A stretch of 64,000 bases of DNA from assembly GCA_038496445.1 (NCBI GenBank), contig JALMLS010000208.1:186001-250000 (forward strand). The letters are read 5' to 3'. This DNA is from Trichosphaerium sp. ATCC 40318 (taxonomy: Eukaryota > Protista > Tubulinea). Both the position numbers and the translations under genes were made by a program. This document shows, piece by piece, positions 1 to 12,715 of the stretch; position 1 is the stretch's first letter; each line of letters begins with the position of its first letter. Below the pieces are notes generated by a model. The model had not been told where the DNA came from. It did not search any database and worked only from the letters and a program-made list of their open reading frames with translations.

Positions 1-3000
1 AGTAAGTTGTTGGAATTGTCCTGCCGAGGCTATTTCAAATATAACAGGATCAGGATTATGTGGTAATACATTATATCAAATTCTTTTTTTAAATCTAAAT
101 TTATCTAAGGACAATACGGTGTAAAGGCAACAGGAGAGTCTCGTTGGGATAGAATAATTTTCTTGCCAAAATGGTCTGGAAGCGAATTCAAAAACACTAT
201 GTTTATTGATGCTGCTACTCACAAGTATATTGAAGCTTTTGTAAAGCTTGGTGAAGGCCAAGGTCCTATTGATAATTTTTACAGTACGTTTAAAAAGAAT
301 ATCATAAGGAGCAGCGCGTTTGGTTAAAGGCAGCAAAAAACGGCTATGTTGTTTTTACAGAAGTGTCTTATTTTTTTTTGGTTTTATTGTTTTATTCATT
401 GAGTGCACCCTGTCAATACTTTTGGTATTAAACAACCATGTTGGAGTTCCTTATATTATAAGAACCGATATGTATCACATTCACTAGTGAGAGAACGCAC
501 TAAACGCTTGAAACCACCAAGATTGTTTATGTTTGATTTAAAAGCATACTAACTTTTTTGCAGTCAACGTCAAAACAGAGGCACTTGGTGAACTCTTTTT
601 GGATATTAAGGAACATCCTGAGTATGTAGAGAATTTTGTAATAGATGACACGAGATGGACACGTGTTCGTGTACCTTTAAAGGACTTTGAAGGATGGCCT
701 TCTTCAGGACAAGTTCAGTTCCATTTCTTGGGTCTTTCAGTTCACCCGTTAAATACCAAAGTGACAACGTGGTACATTGATAATGTTCGATTCCTTGATG
801 GAAGTAAGTACACGTTTTTATGATTATTATACTAATAAAATTTAACATAGCTGCTACTGATACTATGTTGACGTATGAACCTGGTTTACCTTATGATCCA
901 AGTATTTGCGGAGGTACCCACTTGTTGGTTTTTTTTCAGAAAAAAATAAGAAAAACCTTGGAAGGCTTTTAAGAAGGAGATATCTTCCTACTCTGATACC
1001 TCTGATACTTTAGTACTTTTGGTCAAAGCTGTATAGCTTATGAATACTTAATATTATATTTGTGATTCGAAACACGTGCAAAGGTTGTTGACTTGTTGTA
1101 GTCGAAGCTCCTGTTCCTGTTCAAGATGTTGCTATTGAACCAATTCTGGAGTGTATTGAGCGATCAAATAATGAATATATTGCTCATATTGGTTATGATT
1201 CTAAGGAAATGAGTTCTGTTAATGTACCAGATGGTGTTTCAAATGGATTTACACCAAGCCCAGTTGTACGTCTTACAAACAATAACCGGAAGCCTTTTCC
1301 ATCTATAAGCAAAAATGGAGCGTTCCTTTAAACTTCATACGAAGAATAACGAAAGACAAAACTCCGTGTGACTTTTCATTTTGTTTGCTTTGCCTTTTGA
1401 CGAGCTAGAAAAGTAGCCCTTTTAATTATTCTTTATTTTATAATTATCACCTTTACAAGGAAGCTTAATAGTACAACTAGAATCGTGGACAATCCACTTC
1501 ATTTGAACCAGGTAGATCAGAATATTGGCCTTTCGCTGCAATGAGAATTACTTGGGATGGAAAAGATGACTTGATTTATAACATTGGAGAATCTCTTTTA
1601 AGTATATCTGCATTTGATTTAGAATCACACGCTTGTCTTTCTACAGTATCAGTACAAGTACGCCATACATACATAGTCAAAAGAAGCAAAAGAAAAAAAA
1701 AACCCAGAAAATTTTGAGAATTTTTTACCAACACCAAAAAATTGTTTGACCATCAAGTATGGGCTACACACTTTCTGTAAGCTCGAACTGTTGATTCATC
1801 TATTAATTTTAACTACTAACTGTGAATTTATTTCTATCCGGCTCAAAAACGCTTACATTTTGGTGTTTGTAGATTTGTGTAAATTTCTTTCTCTAATTCT
1901 AATTATCTTCTAAAGGCAACTGTTAATGATGAAACTCCACCTAATATAATAGATCCATACGATAATGGAGGAAACTATAAACGTTCTATTGAGGCAGCAC
2001 CAGTACTATCTGGATATGATACAACACTAGATAAATCAACTAACTTGCAACCTGACGTAAAGCATTTTACAATTTCTTACTCTGTTGGTGATAAAGCAAT
2101 ACGTTTTGGTGTTGTTTGTGAGACAAATACAGAAAGTGATTATTGCGCTTTTGGTACGTACATCAAACAACAACATGGAAACAAGCAGCACGCACTGAAA
2201 TATTTTTCTTTCAACACTTTTTTTTTGACAGTTTTTCTTCTAAGAACGAAAATACGTTTAACTCACTACCCAGGTTTCTCACCGTTAGGTGGTATGGTAG
2301 GCAGTCATGTAGTTGTAGCTCAGTACAATACTACAAACTCTGTTGTTAAAATCGAACAAGTATACCTCGGTCAAAAAGCAAGGCCTGTTGAAGGCACGTG
2401 CACATCTCCACACTCTTTTTTTTGTTTTATTTTTGCACTCCACATGGACTAGTAGTTTTAGTTTTTTCATCGTAGTTAGTAATAGCTAACTGTTTGGTCT
2501 TTAGATAAATGTACACGTGGCCAAACTGGCGCTATATGTCCTGATTCGCTAAAACCTGGTTGTTGTAACCATGCGAAGTATGTTAATGGTAGTATGGATG
2601 GAAAATACCTTTCATTTGAATTTGTCGTACCAATAGATGCCAAGGATGCATGTGATGCCGCAATCACTATAGGTGTACGTGCACGAACTCAGTTTCTTTG
2701 AAAATCCAAAAAAAAAAAAAAAGTGAAAAAGTTTCATTGATCAAGAGCTCGAACATAATAATTAGCTTACGCTTGAGTTTATATATTATAAGAATATAGC
2801 TTAAGGATCATTAAATTGTTTCATTTTCAAAAAACAACCAACTTGGTAGTCAACAGTAAAACAGATTTTTTTTCCTTTTTTTTTTGACTAACGCCGATTT
2901 CTCTCTTTTGGGTCATGTTTCGTCTTTGCGCGAATACTGTTGCTGTTATGTGTTAACACATTTTATAGGATACACAGAATATTATTTATTCTATAGGTAC

Positions 3001-3869
3001 ACCAAGCAGCGGTGAATTTCCATTAAATCTTGCGTTCCATCATCACTGGACAAAAAATCGTCCTGATGAAGTAACATTTACTTCAAATGCTTTGAACAGT
3101 ATAGAAGAACCTACATGCACAATTAACCCTACACTCAGTAAGTATACTCTATAACCTATTTCTGATACTTGTGGCTTATAACAATTCTTCTTGTAGCTCC
3201 TGTTTCACCTACAGCGCCAGCTGAAGTTGTACTTCCATCTCTTTCTGAAAGACTTGGCTTGCTTGAAAAGTTGATTGCTTCTACTGGTGGTATATCATCT
3301 AAACGTGTTAGTGTTACATTGAATAATACAAAAAGAAGAGCTGAGGCTCTTCATAGTATCACAGTTGAGATTCAACCAGGCAAGTACATACACTACTCTT
3401 AACAACAAAGCATCAAAAAAAAAATTAGTGAAAAGTCAAACAAAAAGTTTGAACAAATTTTGGTCATTTACAACACCTACACTTATACCTTTCATTTTCT
3501 TTTCCCTTTTTAATACTTTATGTGTATAAAATTACGAAAAGAAAAATGCATAAAGTTGCACTCAACGAAAAAGTTGGGTTTTTTTTTTGCTTGTCCTCGC
3601 AAGAAGCCTTGCTTATAGTTGTATCAGAGGAAGGTAAGACATCCCCTGCAGATGCATTCAGAGCTTGGATAGAATATACAAAGACTCCAGGTGCCACTGA
3701 AGGCATATGGAGAGGAGCATACCTACAATGGAGTACAGTTGATATTAAAGAAACTGGTAAAGAAAGAAAAGGTGTTGTCAAGTATACTTCAAAAACATCA
3801 AATGGAATAAGAACAAGATTGACAGGAATTTATTCTTTATTACTTGTTACTTTACTTTTCCTATTATAG
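1..3869 (+). CDS. 3' part of a large multi-exon secreted/surface protein (CBM-like domain, PILECI/YIAHIGY module, DOMON-like domain, hydrophobic C-terminus, probable GPI or TM anchor)
   Basis: Exons bounded by GT-AG. 'DDTRWTRVRVPLKDF...TTWYIDNVRF' is galactose-binding/CBM-like. 'PILECIERSNNEYIAHIGY...RGQSTSFEPGRS' follows, then the DOMON-like 'YCAFGFSPLGGMVGSHVVV...NIIYSIG...HHH'. Ends 'GIYSLLLVTLLFLL*' at 3869. The 5' end lies outside the window. Confidence 0.65.
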
Positions 3870-4115
3870 AGCCTTCACCCTTGCTTCTATGTAATAATTT
3901 TTCTCGAAAAAAAAAACCCAATAAAAACCCTATTGAGAAAAGAGCACGCCCTCACATCAATTCTTAAACCATGACTTATCCTGATTTTCTTTTCATATTG
4001 GATTCGCACGTTCTTGTTGACCTATCAGATTGGAGAGAATACTTCTCACTCAGTTTCGATCCACTTGCCTAGCCAGATTCTTTCCCATATTTAACTGTTC
4101 TAAGTTTTTATTTCA

Positions 4116-6800
4116 GAAAACCGAAGCACCTAGCGCTTATCCTTGGTCTCTTGAGATGGTTGGAGCTAATGGAGCTATAACAGATGTTGAATGTCTTAAT
4201 AGCTATAACGCAATACGTGCTGTAGGTGCCGCAAGGCACTACATCGCCAGGTGAGCGCAAAGCACAGTTTCAATCTCTTTCATGCTCTAACAAAACTATA
4301 CAGAGTAAAGGACAGCCGCTTAATAAAGGTGTATACATTGATGAAACTTATGATATTGGACGAGTAGAAGACGTTCATTTTAATCCATGGTATGTGCTGT
4401 TTCACGAAGTGGCTATTTCTTGACTGTTTTTTTTCTTTCTTTATTTTTAAGCTTATGGACCAAGCCACCAGTATTACTTCATCCAATTTAGGCCCTGTAA
4501 GGTTTCAGAACAGTACGTACCATTAAAGTCGACAAGTTTTAGATACATAATACAATTACCCAATCAGGGAGAGCTTTTTCAGTTCTATCAGAATACAGCG
4601 CTAAGTTACAAACACTCCTTATTCATACGCTTTTGTGTGATGAGAGCTGCTTGCATGATTGCAAGTTCAGTGTTGTATAGAGTGTACTGCCACGCCTAGA
4701 AAAATGACATACTTTCATCAACTGATTTTTACGCCCGTTTTATGGACCCTAAAAGCGACCCAATCCGCTTTTGACGTGACAAAAGGCGCTTAAAAATTCA
4801 GGGGGAAAAAGAACGCAGCATAAAGCGCATGCCAACGGACTATTGGAGCAAAGTGGCAACCATATTACCTGATCCTGAATGCGCTTACAAAGAATTTGAG
4901 TACTTGGTAAATCAACGCAATGCATATTACCATAACAATATCAACGATATTGATGATGCCAATGACATTAATTGTCCACTTGGTAGGTTCGTACAAGCTT
5001 GTGGGCAAAGATACGAGACCTTCTCTATGCACTGTACGATTTCTTCAACTTTTCTCATGTATTACTGTTGTTTTACAGCGCTTGCGTTCAGAATGACACG
5101 TGAATACTCTAAATACACAAGTAAACCAACAAATGTATGAAGAGTACGTGTGCGTTTTAAACATATTGTCTGTTTCATTCAAGTTTTGAGACAGACTGAC
5201 TTTTAGCAAAAAAAATCCAGTTTCTGCCCGATCTGTCAGATCTGACGGATTTGACACTTCTGACAGATCTTGCAAATTGTCATTTTTTTAAATGTGATCT
5301 ACTCTCACGCCTGTCCAGTGAATCCAACCGTTTCAAACCCACGTGATTTAACAAACCCCAGACAAACTTTTTTATTTACATATTTGACGCCTAGCGGCGT
5401 TTACAAAGCCTACAGCAACGCTGGTGGTGTTTTGGGGCGGTTTTGACGTTGTTACACCTTCATTGCTGCTTGGATGCTACCATAGCGCTTCTGTTAGCGT
5501 GGGGTAGGCGCTAGCGTAGCGCTAGTAAGTTATACACGTACGTTGATTTTTTGAAGCAAAACATACAGCAAACAGTGTTTGAGGCATTCATACCGTGTTT
5601 GGCGGTAATGCGATAGCTTTGTAGGACATCATACCTTTTTAATTCGCTTTTAGCGCATTGAACACCTCTGTGGTTTGATCGTACCGTGTACAGTTGGCGT
5701 AGGTAAAATACTGCGATCATCTTCCATGGTCTGTTGAAACTTACATTGAAAATTTTGCTATCACTTACCGTAAGGTACCTAAGTCATACAATGAAGGACA
5801 ACATTGTAACACAAATAGTTCACATTGTGATAGATCTACACCATTTGACAGAAGTGTCAGATCTTGCTAGATCTGCTAAAAGTGCTAAAAACTCACTTTC
5901 TAGAAAATATTGGTAAAACTTGAATGAAACATACAATACTAAAATACTGATAAAGTTCTACAAGTACTTTCAAGGTCTTGAAAAAAAATCAAGGGAACTG
6001 ATATGCGATGAAAAGTGGTGTCACGTAACTACACGATGTACACGAGAATACACGCACCATTTTTAAAACATCTTTTTAAATAATTACATTCCAGCCCTGT
6101 TTTCCACCCAAAAGAAATAAATTGACTTGTTGCCCTTTGTTTCGTGTTGTATCAGGTATTGTACAAAAAGCATATTATCCGTATTTGAACATTGGAGATC
6201 TTTGTCAAAGAAGGAGCTGACCTGGAGTGATAGTCCAGTTTTTTTAGTTTGTCGTTACTCACAAATGTATGTACAAGAGATAACCACTTACTTGTGTTTT
6301 TCTTAGAGACACCAAGATGTTGTCTCGAAAAAAGGAAGTATAGAGTACGATTTTGTCGTGGTGTTATAATAGAAAGAGCAAGGTTTCATGAACACGCTTG
6401 ACTGCAATTAACAAAAGTTTGTATTGTAAATAAAAGTTTCTGCAACAAAAAGTACTCTGTCACTGTTCAACTGAATACCACAATATTTTTTATCAACAGT
6501 ACAATCAGTTTGTTTTCTTATTATTTTCTCATTTTATTGCTGCTTTCTGGGGTCCTTCAACAAGTGTTGCTGTAGTACAAAATGGGCAAATTGAGCTTGG
6601 TAATTGTATATTCAATTCATGGAAGGATTTAAATTATGCTATTGTAGCATACAGTGGTTCTTTGCAAGTTGCCAACAGCCGCTTTCAAAAAAACGAAATA
6701 CAAATATTTGTTGACTCAAAAGTCAACAGAGCCATCAATGCTAACATGGTTAATGTAAGTAACAAGTTTATTAACTCGAATAACGGAAGCATAACATTTG
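4116..6800 (+). pseudogene. Fragmented pectin-lyase-fold (pectate_lyase_3/beta-helix) gene with a ~2 kb insertion
   Basis: Exons 'APSAYPWSLEMVGANGAITDVECLNSYNAIRAVGAARHYIAR', 'VKGQPLNKGVYIDETYDIGRVEDVHFNPW' and 'SNLGPVRFQN' (ends ~4512) resume as 'AFWGPSTSVAVVQNGQIELGNCIFNSW...GSLQVANSRF' at ~6541. No N-terminus is visible and there is no AG acceptor before 6541. Confidence 0.6.
5163..5938. mobile_element. Degenerate inverted-repeat (MITE-like) element inside the beta-helix pseudogene
   Basis: 5163-5275 (attgtctgtttcattcaagtttt...tgacacttctg) is an imperfect reverse complement of 5843-5938 (cagaagtgtca...aaaacttgaatgaaacatacaat). The core at 5380-5530 is GC-richer. Confidence 0.45.
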
Positions 6801-7274
6801 ACAAAATAACAACAATAGAGCCGAGCAAACTCAATTTGTTTTGCTTTCATCAAAAATTCTATCTTTTTTTTTTTTCATTCATCACAACCCTAAAACAACT
6901 TAATTACAACGTTGCAAATAGGGCAAGATCCAATTTGATGTAGCAAATGCGCGCCATGTTGTATCCTCAAACCTAGGTACTGGTTAAAGACAAAAACTGT
7001 TTCACCTCACTTTTCAGCCCTTTCAGGCATAAGAAGCGTCCTAATATTCTTCAATAAGGCGTCAATTGTCTACAAGTTTTCATACAGTTTGTTTCACCAA
7101 AGCAAAAACACTTTAAATGGAGTAAGTGCCATAGCGGTTTTTTTAATCAGAAAAGTCTAATTCAGTCAAAATCACGTGGCGTACGAACAAACAAAAAAAC
7201 CATGTAATTTTGGCGTTATTTTCCATTTATACTTGATAAAACGAGAGAGTTATCCGGAGAACAAGTAAATCGTC

Positions 7275-7500
7275 TGAAAACGCTGCCACCAGAGACTCTC
7301 ACTCATATTTTATCCTATTTAAATAGACAGCATCGTACAAAGGCGTCTACAGTATGTCATCAGTTTAACGACATCATTCGTCATAGCATTGGCTTTATTT
7401 GGATAACACTCACAAAACCAATCGATTTCCGAGCCATAAAAGGAAGTCCGTTGATAAAAAAAACACAAACATCATTTGTCCACTATTCATCAGTCAGAAA
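7275..7500 (+). pseudogene. F-box gene remnant
   Basis: Manual translation 'LKTLPPETLTHILSYLNRQHRTKASTVCHQFNDII' fits the F-box consensus. No intact downstream ORF. Confidence 0.55.
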
Positions 7501-7827
7501 CATATCAAAGACATTACATGTCTCTCTGGTGTTCACAACTTTCAATTGCTGTTGACGTAGTAAACTCGTACCGGCTACATTGGTTTAGCTGTGTAAACAG
7601 AAATGGATACGATGCTATTTTGGGGCTACAATCACGTTTATTTCAACGGAGGTAGAAGGCAATAACGTTTGTCGTTACAAGGAAATCTTACAATGAAATT
7701 GTATTGTAAGTAAGGCGATTCACTAATAAAGTCTATTGTTGCTTTTTTGATAGTTTTATCAGCGACAAAAGTAACATAAGAGCTTCTCCAATCATGTCCG
7801 TTTGGATATAAAATCTAAATGAAAAAA

Positions 7828-8330
7828 TTAGGTATTACAACTAGAGGTCGTGGTTAACCATTGGCAAAAGAAAATGGGACAGAATTTTTGCTCAGCAAGG
7901 GCAAGGGGATTGTTTGATTCTCCAGAAATTGTAGCGGAGAAACGCCCTGAAATTACGAGTTTGATGGCTGCCACCATTTTAAAAGTATGATGCATTCCCA
8001 CGACATAACGTATTACATACAGAAAGCGCTGGGAAGCTTCACAAGAAACGTTTAAAAAAGTGATGGCGCTTGGGAACACGTGGTGCAAAAAGAAATCCCA
8101 AATACGCACAGTGAATGAGAGCTGATTCCTTGGATAAAATTGGGTGTTCAATGACCATATAGGCTTTGCCATTTCTCCAGCATTATAGAACTGATCGGCC
8201 TTTTGACAAATAGCAACTGGAGCGTCGGGTCTATTAGGTCCAGGGCATTTTATCGGTTTACAAGGTGACCATAAGTAAGTGTATCCTCTTGCATCATCTG
8301 TTACCTCAACAGGATAGTCGAAAAGGCGAC
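7828..8330 (-). CDS. Mannose-6-phosphate receptor homology (MRH)-like secreted protein, multi-exon, possibly partial
   Basis: Exon 'YPVEVTDDARGYTYLWSPCKPIKCPGPNRPDAPVAICQKADQFYNAGE' and terminal 'GES...QWLTTTSSCNT*' fit the Cys pattern of MRH domains. Confidence 0.45.
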
Positions 8331-8787
8331 TAAAAAGACAAAGTTAAAGTTCTACTAAAGATGCAGTTTGGTGTGGAGTAAACTGTAAAAAAAAGTTTAA
8401 AATGAAGCCCAAACCGCTCACTAGAGTCACCAGGCAATAGTTATGGGTTTGTTTATTCGTACGAAATGTCAACAAAGCTATGGTTTCCTTCAGCTTTACA
8501 AGCATTTTCAGTCACTCGAAGTTGGTATGCATTAGAATGCGCAAAACATCCTAAAAGAACGAGAAGAGCTATCACACTTTGAGAGTTCATTGTTGAGTTT
8601 TGAAGAGATTTGACCGTTTTCTTCCGTTGAATGTTTGGTGCACAAAACTAAGGCTGTACGTGCTTTTACGTCATCATCCACAGTGCCTTATTTTGCTGCC
8701 AAGCACGTGTGAGTCGGAAGCGAACGAGTTTGACAAACAAACAACTGCGTTTTTCTTCACCTTAGCACCATCTTACGCTGTGATACA

Positions 8788-9570
8788 ATGCACAAAATAA
8801 TATCATGGCGCTCTATAGTACTCTTAATGAAATCATACGCAATACTAACATATCAAGCTACAAGTCCTTGGGTCATAGACGACTTTGAAGACGATAGCCG
8901 TACGATTACATTCCCTGGTGGTATTAATACTAACTCTATAACTGCTACTATTGGATCAATTATTGTGGGGAACAGGAAACAAGCGTTGTTAGAACAGGTG
9001 GAGGTATGATATTAATTTGAGAATAATCATATTTGGAGCAATTGTTTTTAGACTCCTTTAAATTGTTTTTAAGTTACTACCAGCGGTAGGTTAGAGCTAT
9101 CAACAATGGATGTAGCTACAGTAGGTGTGTCCACTATTTTTGGGATGGACCTGGACACTCCGTATTGAACGTGGATTACTCAACAAACACCAAAACAAGG
9201 TGTCTTTTAATGTACTTTTTTTAGACGCATTGTTGATACAAGTCGCTCAAGTAAGTGCTGGTACTAGTCTAGCATTTAAGCTAGAGAGTGGTATTACTCC
9301 ATTAAAGCTAAAGAGTAAGTTGACTTTGATTTGAATCAATACTGAAATCACATACTTATGATTATTCTTTGGTTTATCTTTAAAACCTCACCTTAGAAAT
9401 TGTTTACAAAGCATTCAAACAGTGGTCAATGGTGGAACATGAATGATATTGCATTGAGATACTACGATTTTTTATTGTTATTAACGTGCATCACTCATTC
9501 TTAGATCAGTTATCGTAAGGTTTTTAGGAGGAACAGCAACGTTGGCTCAGTTTTTTAAGAAAAAGTGAGC
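8788..9570 (+). pseudogene. Fragmentary exons of an unknown secreted protein
   Basis: Coding-like exon 'SPWVIDDFEDDSRTITFPGGINTNSITATIGSIIVGNRKQ' and further short GT-AG-flanked pieces that could not be joined cleanly. Confidence 0.3.
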
Positions 9571-9935
9571 ACTTAAGTCATGTGACTGTTACGTTCTCCG
9601 TTCGCTTGTGGGTTTAAAACTAGTTGCATTGTTCAAGCTATTACACATGAAAAACTGAAATTCAGTGACTCTCCTTTTCCACAGTGGAAAGAACGTTGTT
9701 ACTAGATAGTCTATAGCCCATTGACAGGCAAAGATTTGTTTGATATCCGACTATTGGCAACTGTCGTTACGTACCAACCACAGGTGAGCAATAATAATTA
9801 ACTATGGCGTTAATTATCAGGGCCGTAAACCACGTGTAAGGTATTTCGGTTGAACCTCAGCTTGTGGTGAAAGTCTCAAATTTACAAGAGAATGCAAGAT
9901 AAGTCGAGGTACTTACATACTAGACCAAGTTAATC

Positions 9936-10228
9936 ATGAGAACACCAGCGCTTTGTATTATTGCACCAGTACTAGTATGCTTCTTGGCTGTGTCTCAGGG
10001 ACAATGTGAGAATGTGACGGCTCCTGATGGATCAGAATATGATTTATCAAGCCTACAAAATAGGGTACTAGTGCCCTAGACTGTGGTATCTTATGCAAAG
10101 TATGCGTTTCGTTTGCTCAAGTCTGATTTCTTTTACCTCTTTTCGCGTCTAAGAGGTGTACATAGGATGGGCCCTATCAATACAAAGTATCTATATGTTC
10201 TAACTACCCAAGCGAGTGTGGTACAGTA
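9936..10228 (+). pseudogene. Truncated MRH-like secreted protein (signal peptide plus first part of the domain)
   Basis: 'MRTPALCIIAPVLVCFLAVSQGQCENVTAPDGSEYDLSSLQNR', an intron, then 'DGPYQYKVSICSNYPSECGT' (YDLSSL...Y-x-V-x-IC motif). The gene runs into the 3' end of the opposing F-box-LRR gene. Confidence 0.5.
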
Positions 10229-10376
10229 TGTAAACTGCCTTTTTTAGCATTTCTTTTTTTCCACGTGACGGAGACAATCTAACTATTTTCTTACTTTTTT
10301 TTTAAAAGGTATTAGTACTGTGTCTTTTATGTTCCAAAAAACAGAAACAGAGGCTTTGCACATTGCGACAACTACT

Positions 10377-11566
10377 CTATAATATTGACACTGTAACACT
10401 TGAAGATTTCACGTGTTTCAAACAATAGGTAATGAAAGATTGATCTCCACCAATATAGAGTTGCTTCAAGTTGGCCAATGACTGCAATCCCCAGCCTTCT
10501 ACTTCATCACAATAGTAAATGTAAAGGCATTCAACATTAGTCAATGCTCTGATTCCATCATCTGATGCAGTTCCATGAATAATCCCTACTGTGTGTACTT
10601 TACCAAGCTGTTTGAGCCATAAATCTATAGGGAAAGAAAGACTAATATCGTGAACATCTTTGAGTGCTTTGATTCCTTCAACAGTAATATAATCACACTC
10701 ATATAAATCAATAGTGTGTACACCAACAAGATTACAGAGAGATTCATCTGTCACACTAGTGTTAGACAGGACAATAGAATGAACACCAGAAAGTGCTTTC
10801 ACTCCTTCATCTGTCACAGTAGTTCCGTTTAGATTAATAGTATGAACGCCAGCTAGTGCTTTCACTCCTTCATCTGTTACTTTGCAGTATTCAAGATTAA
10901 TGGTATGAACACCTACAAGTGCTTTGATGCCTTCATCTGATATTTGCATACATATACTAAGGTTGATATTATGTACACCAGCGAGTGCTCTTAAACCTTC
11001 ATCTGTAACAGAAGTACGAGTAAGGTTAATGGTATGAACACCTGCAAGTGCTTTAATGCCTTCATCTGTCACTGAAGTATAACTGAGGTCAATAGTATGA
11101 ACACCAGCAAGCGATTTCACTCCTTTGTCTGTCACTTTAGTAGACCTCAGGTTAATTGTATGAACTCCCGCAAGCCATGTTATACCTTCATCTGATACTG
11201 GTGAACATCTACAGAGGTCTATTTGTTGAACACCTGCAAAACGTTCCAGAAGCTGAGAAGTTGCGTGAATTGAACTTAACTCGATTTTTGTGTGTTTTAT
11301 GATTCCTCTATGCTTTACAACTTCTTTGACTTGTTTATCTGTTATACTTATGCTATGGTATCCGACTATGTCGTGAATGATAGAAGAGAGGGTACGACAC
11401 GTTTGACAAGCTGCAAATCGATCTTTTGTTGTATGAGTTAGTATACTTGCTAGAATCTCAGCTGGCATGTCCAATAAAGTTGTATAAGCACTAGAACTAG
11501 TTATTTTAGAGCAATTTAGATATTTTACCTTTGAGTCGCTAATATTACAGGTTTTTTGTTGTCCAT
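10377..11566 (-). CDS. F-box protein with ~22-23 aa 'LAGVHTINL..T.VTDEG' leucine-rich repeats
   Basis: F-box 'LLDMPAEILASIL...AACQTCRTLSSII' followed by about 10 near-identical LRRs in one exon. A short 5' exon 'MDNKKPVILATQ' (ATG 11566) splices in. Confidence 0.85.
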
Positions 11567-12715
11567 GGCGTTATGTTCGTGATTTACAGATATTGTGTTT
11601 CGTATTACAAACAGTGGTAAAAAAGTCAATGCGAGTTCAACCCTTCTAGCTGACTTCATAAAAAAAATCAACACTAATTCTGTTGACTACTTGCGAGTTC
11701 AAGCAGTAAAGCTTTTTGTTCCTACCCACAAGTTGAAAAATAGCTCTATGTATCTTGTATGCAAGTATTTACTTGTAATCGCCCGCTCAGTGAGCCGTCC
11801 TTGTACTTAGTAGCCCTAGACTCAAAAAAAAAAACAACAAAAAGTGCTTGGCTAGTACTAGTCGCCCTTACAGGCTACCTTGTCAGCAAAACTGTGGAAG
11901 AGTCTACGCTACTATATTTAGAAAAACTCGGGAGCAGAGGTCTGTCCTCAATCTCGCTACCTAGCAGGTTTATCGCCTTGTGGAATACGCCATTGACCAG
12001 AACTAACGTAACGTTAAGAGTCTTTCAAAAGGACATTCCTGTTTAGTACCAGGAGTGTGTAGTTTACCAACTAGTACCAGTAAAGATCTCTATCTAGGTG
12101 CGGTCATGGAATCTAGCACACGTACTGTAGCAGTTACCTGCGCTCACAAAAAACCGTTAAAAACTATGTTTAGATCAGAAAATACTTCAAGTCATGCTAC
12201 AATGTTTGTTGTCACTTAATAGTCCATATTCTGGTACAACAAAGGACGAAAATACAGTAGGTGATCAAAGTGCAGTTCAGGCGAACATCTGTTCTGTAAT
12301 ATCTATGCAATCAGAATTTACTTTCGAAGCCTACATAAGATTCTCGCAAACTGTTCTGTGAATGAGATTAACAATGAAATCAGTTTTACGATATGCTATG
12401 TTTGGAACAAAGAATTGGAGGTGAATTGAAATAAACTTGTTGTGCAAGCAGAAGTTACTAAACTGTGCTATTCAGTGAACATTTTTCCGCATGTCGAACA
12501 CTTTGTAATTCGAATTTCATGACAACTTAGGAACGTTGTCACAACTAAGATGCGGCTTTAAACAAACGCAATGAAAACAACTTTTCAAAAACGCCATTTT
12601 TGTGCTATAGGGTGTCAGTCTTGAGAAAAAAGTCACATTTTCTCCGAAAAAAAATCGAAAAAAGCACCAGTTTTCTCTTTTTCTATTCCGTAAAAAGGAG
12701 CCTATTACAACTACG

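Noticed and set aside
11800-12110. Short inverted repeat (tagtagccctagactc / gagtctacgctacta) and CTAG-rich tract
   Set aside because: The arms are short and imperfect with no TSD, so the signal cannot be told from chance.
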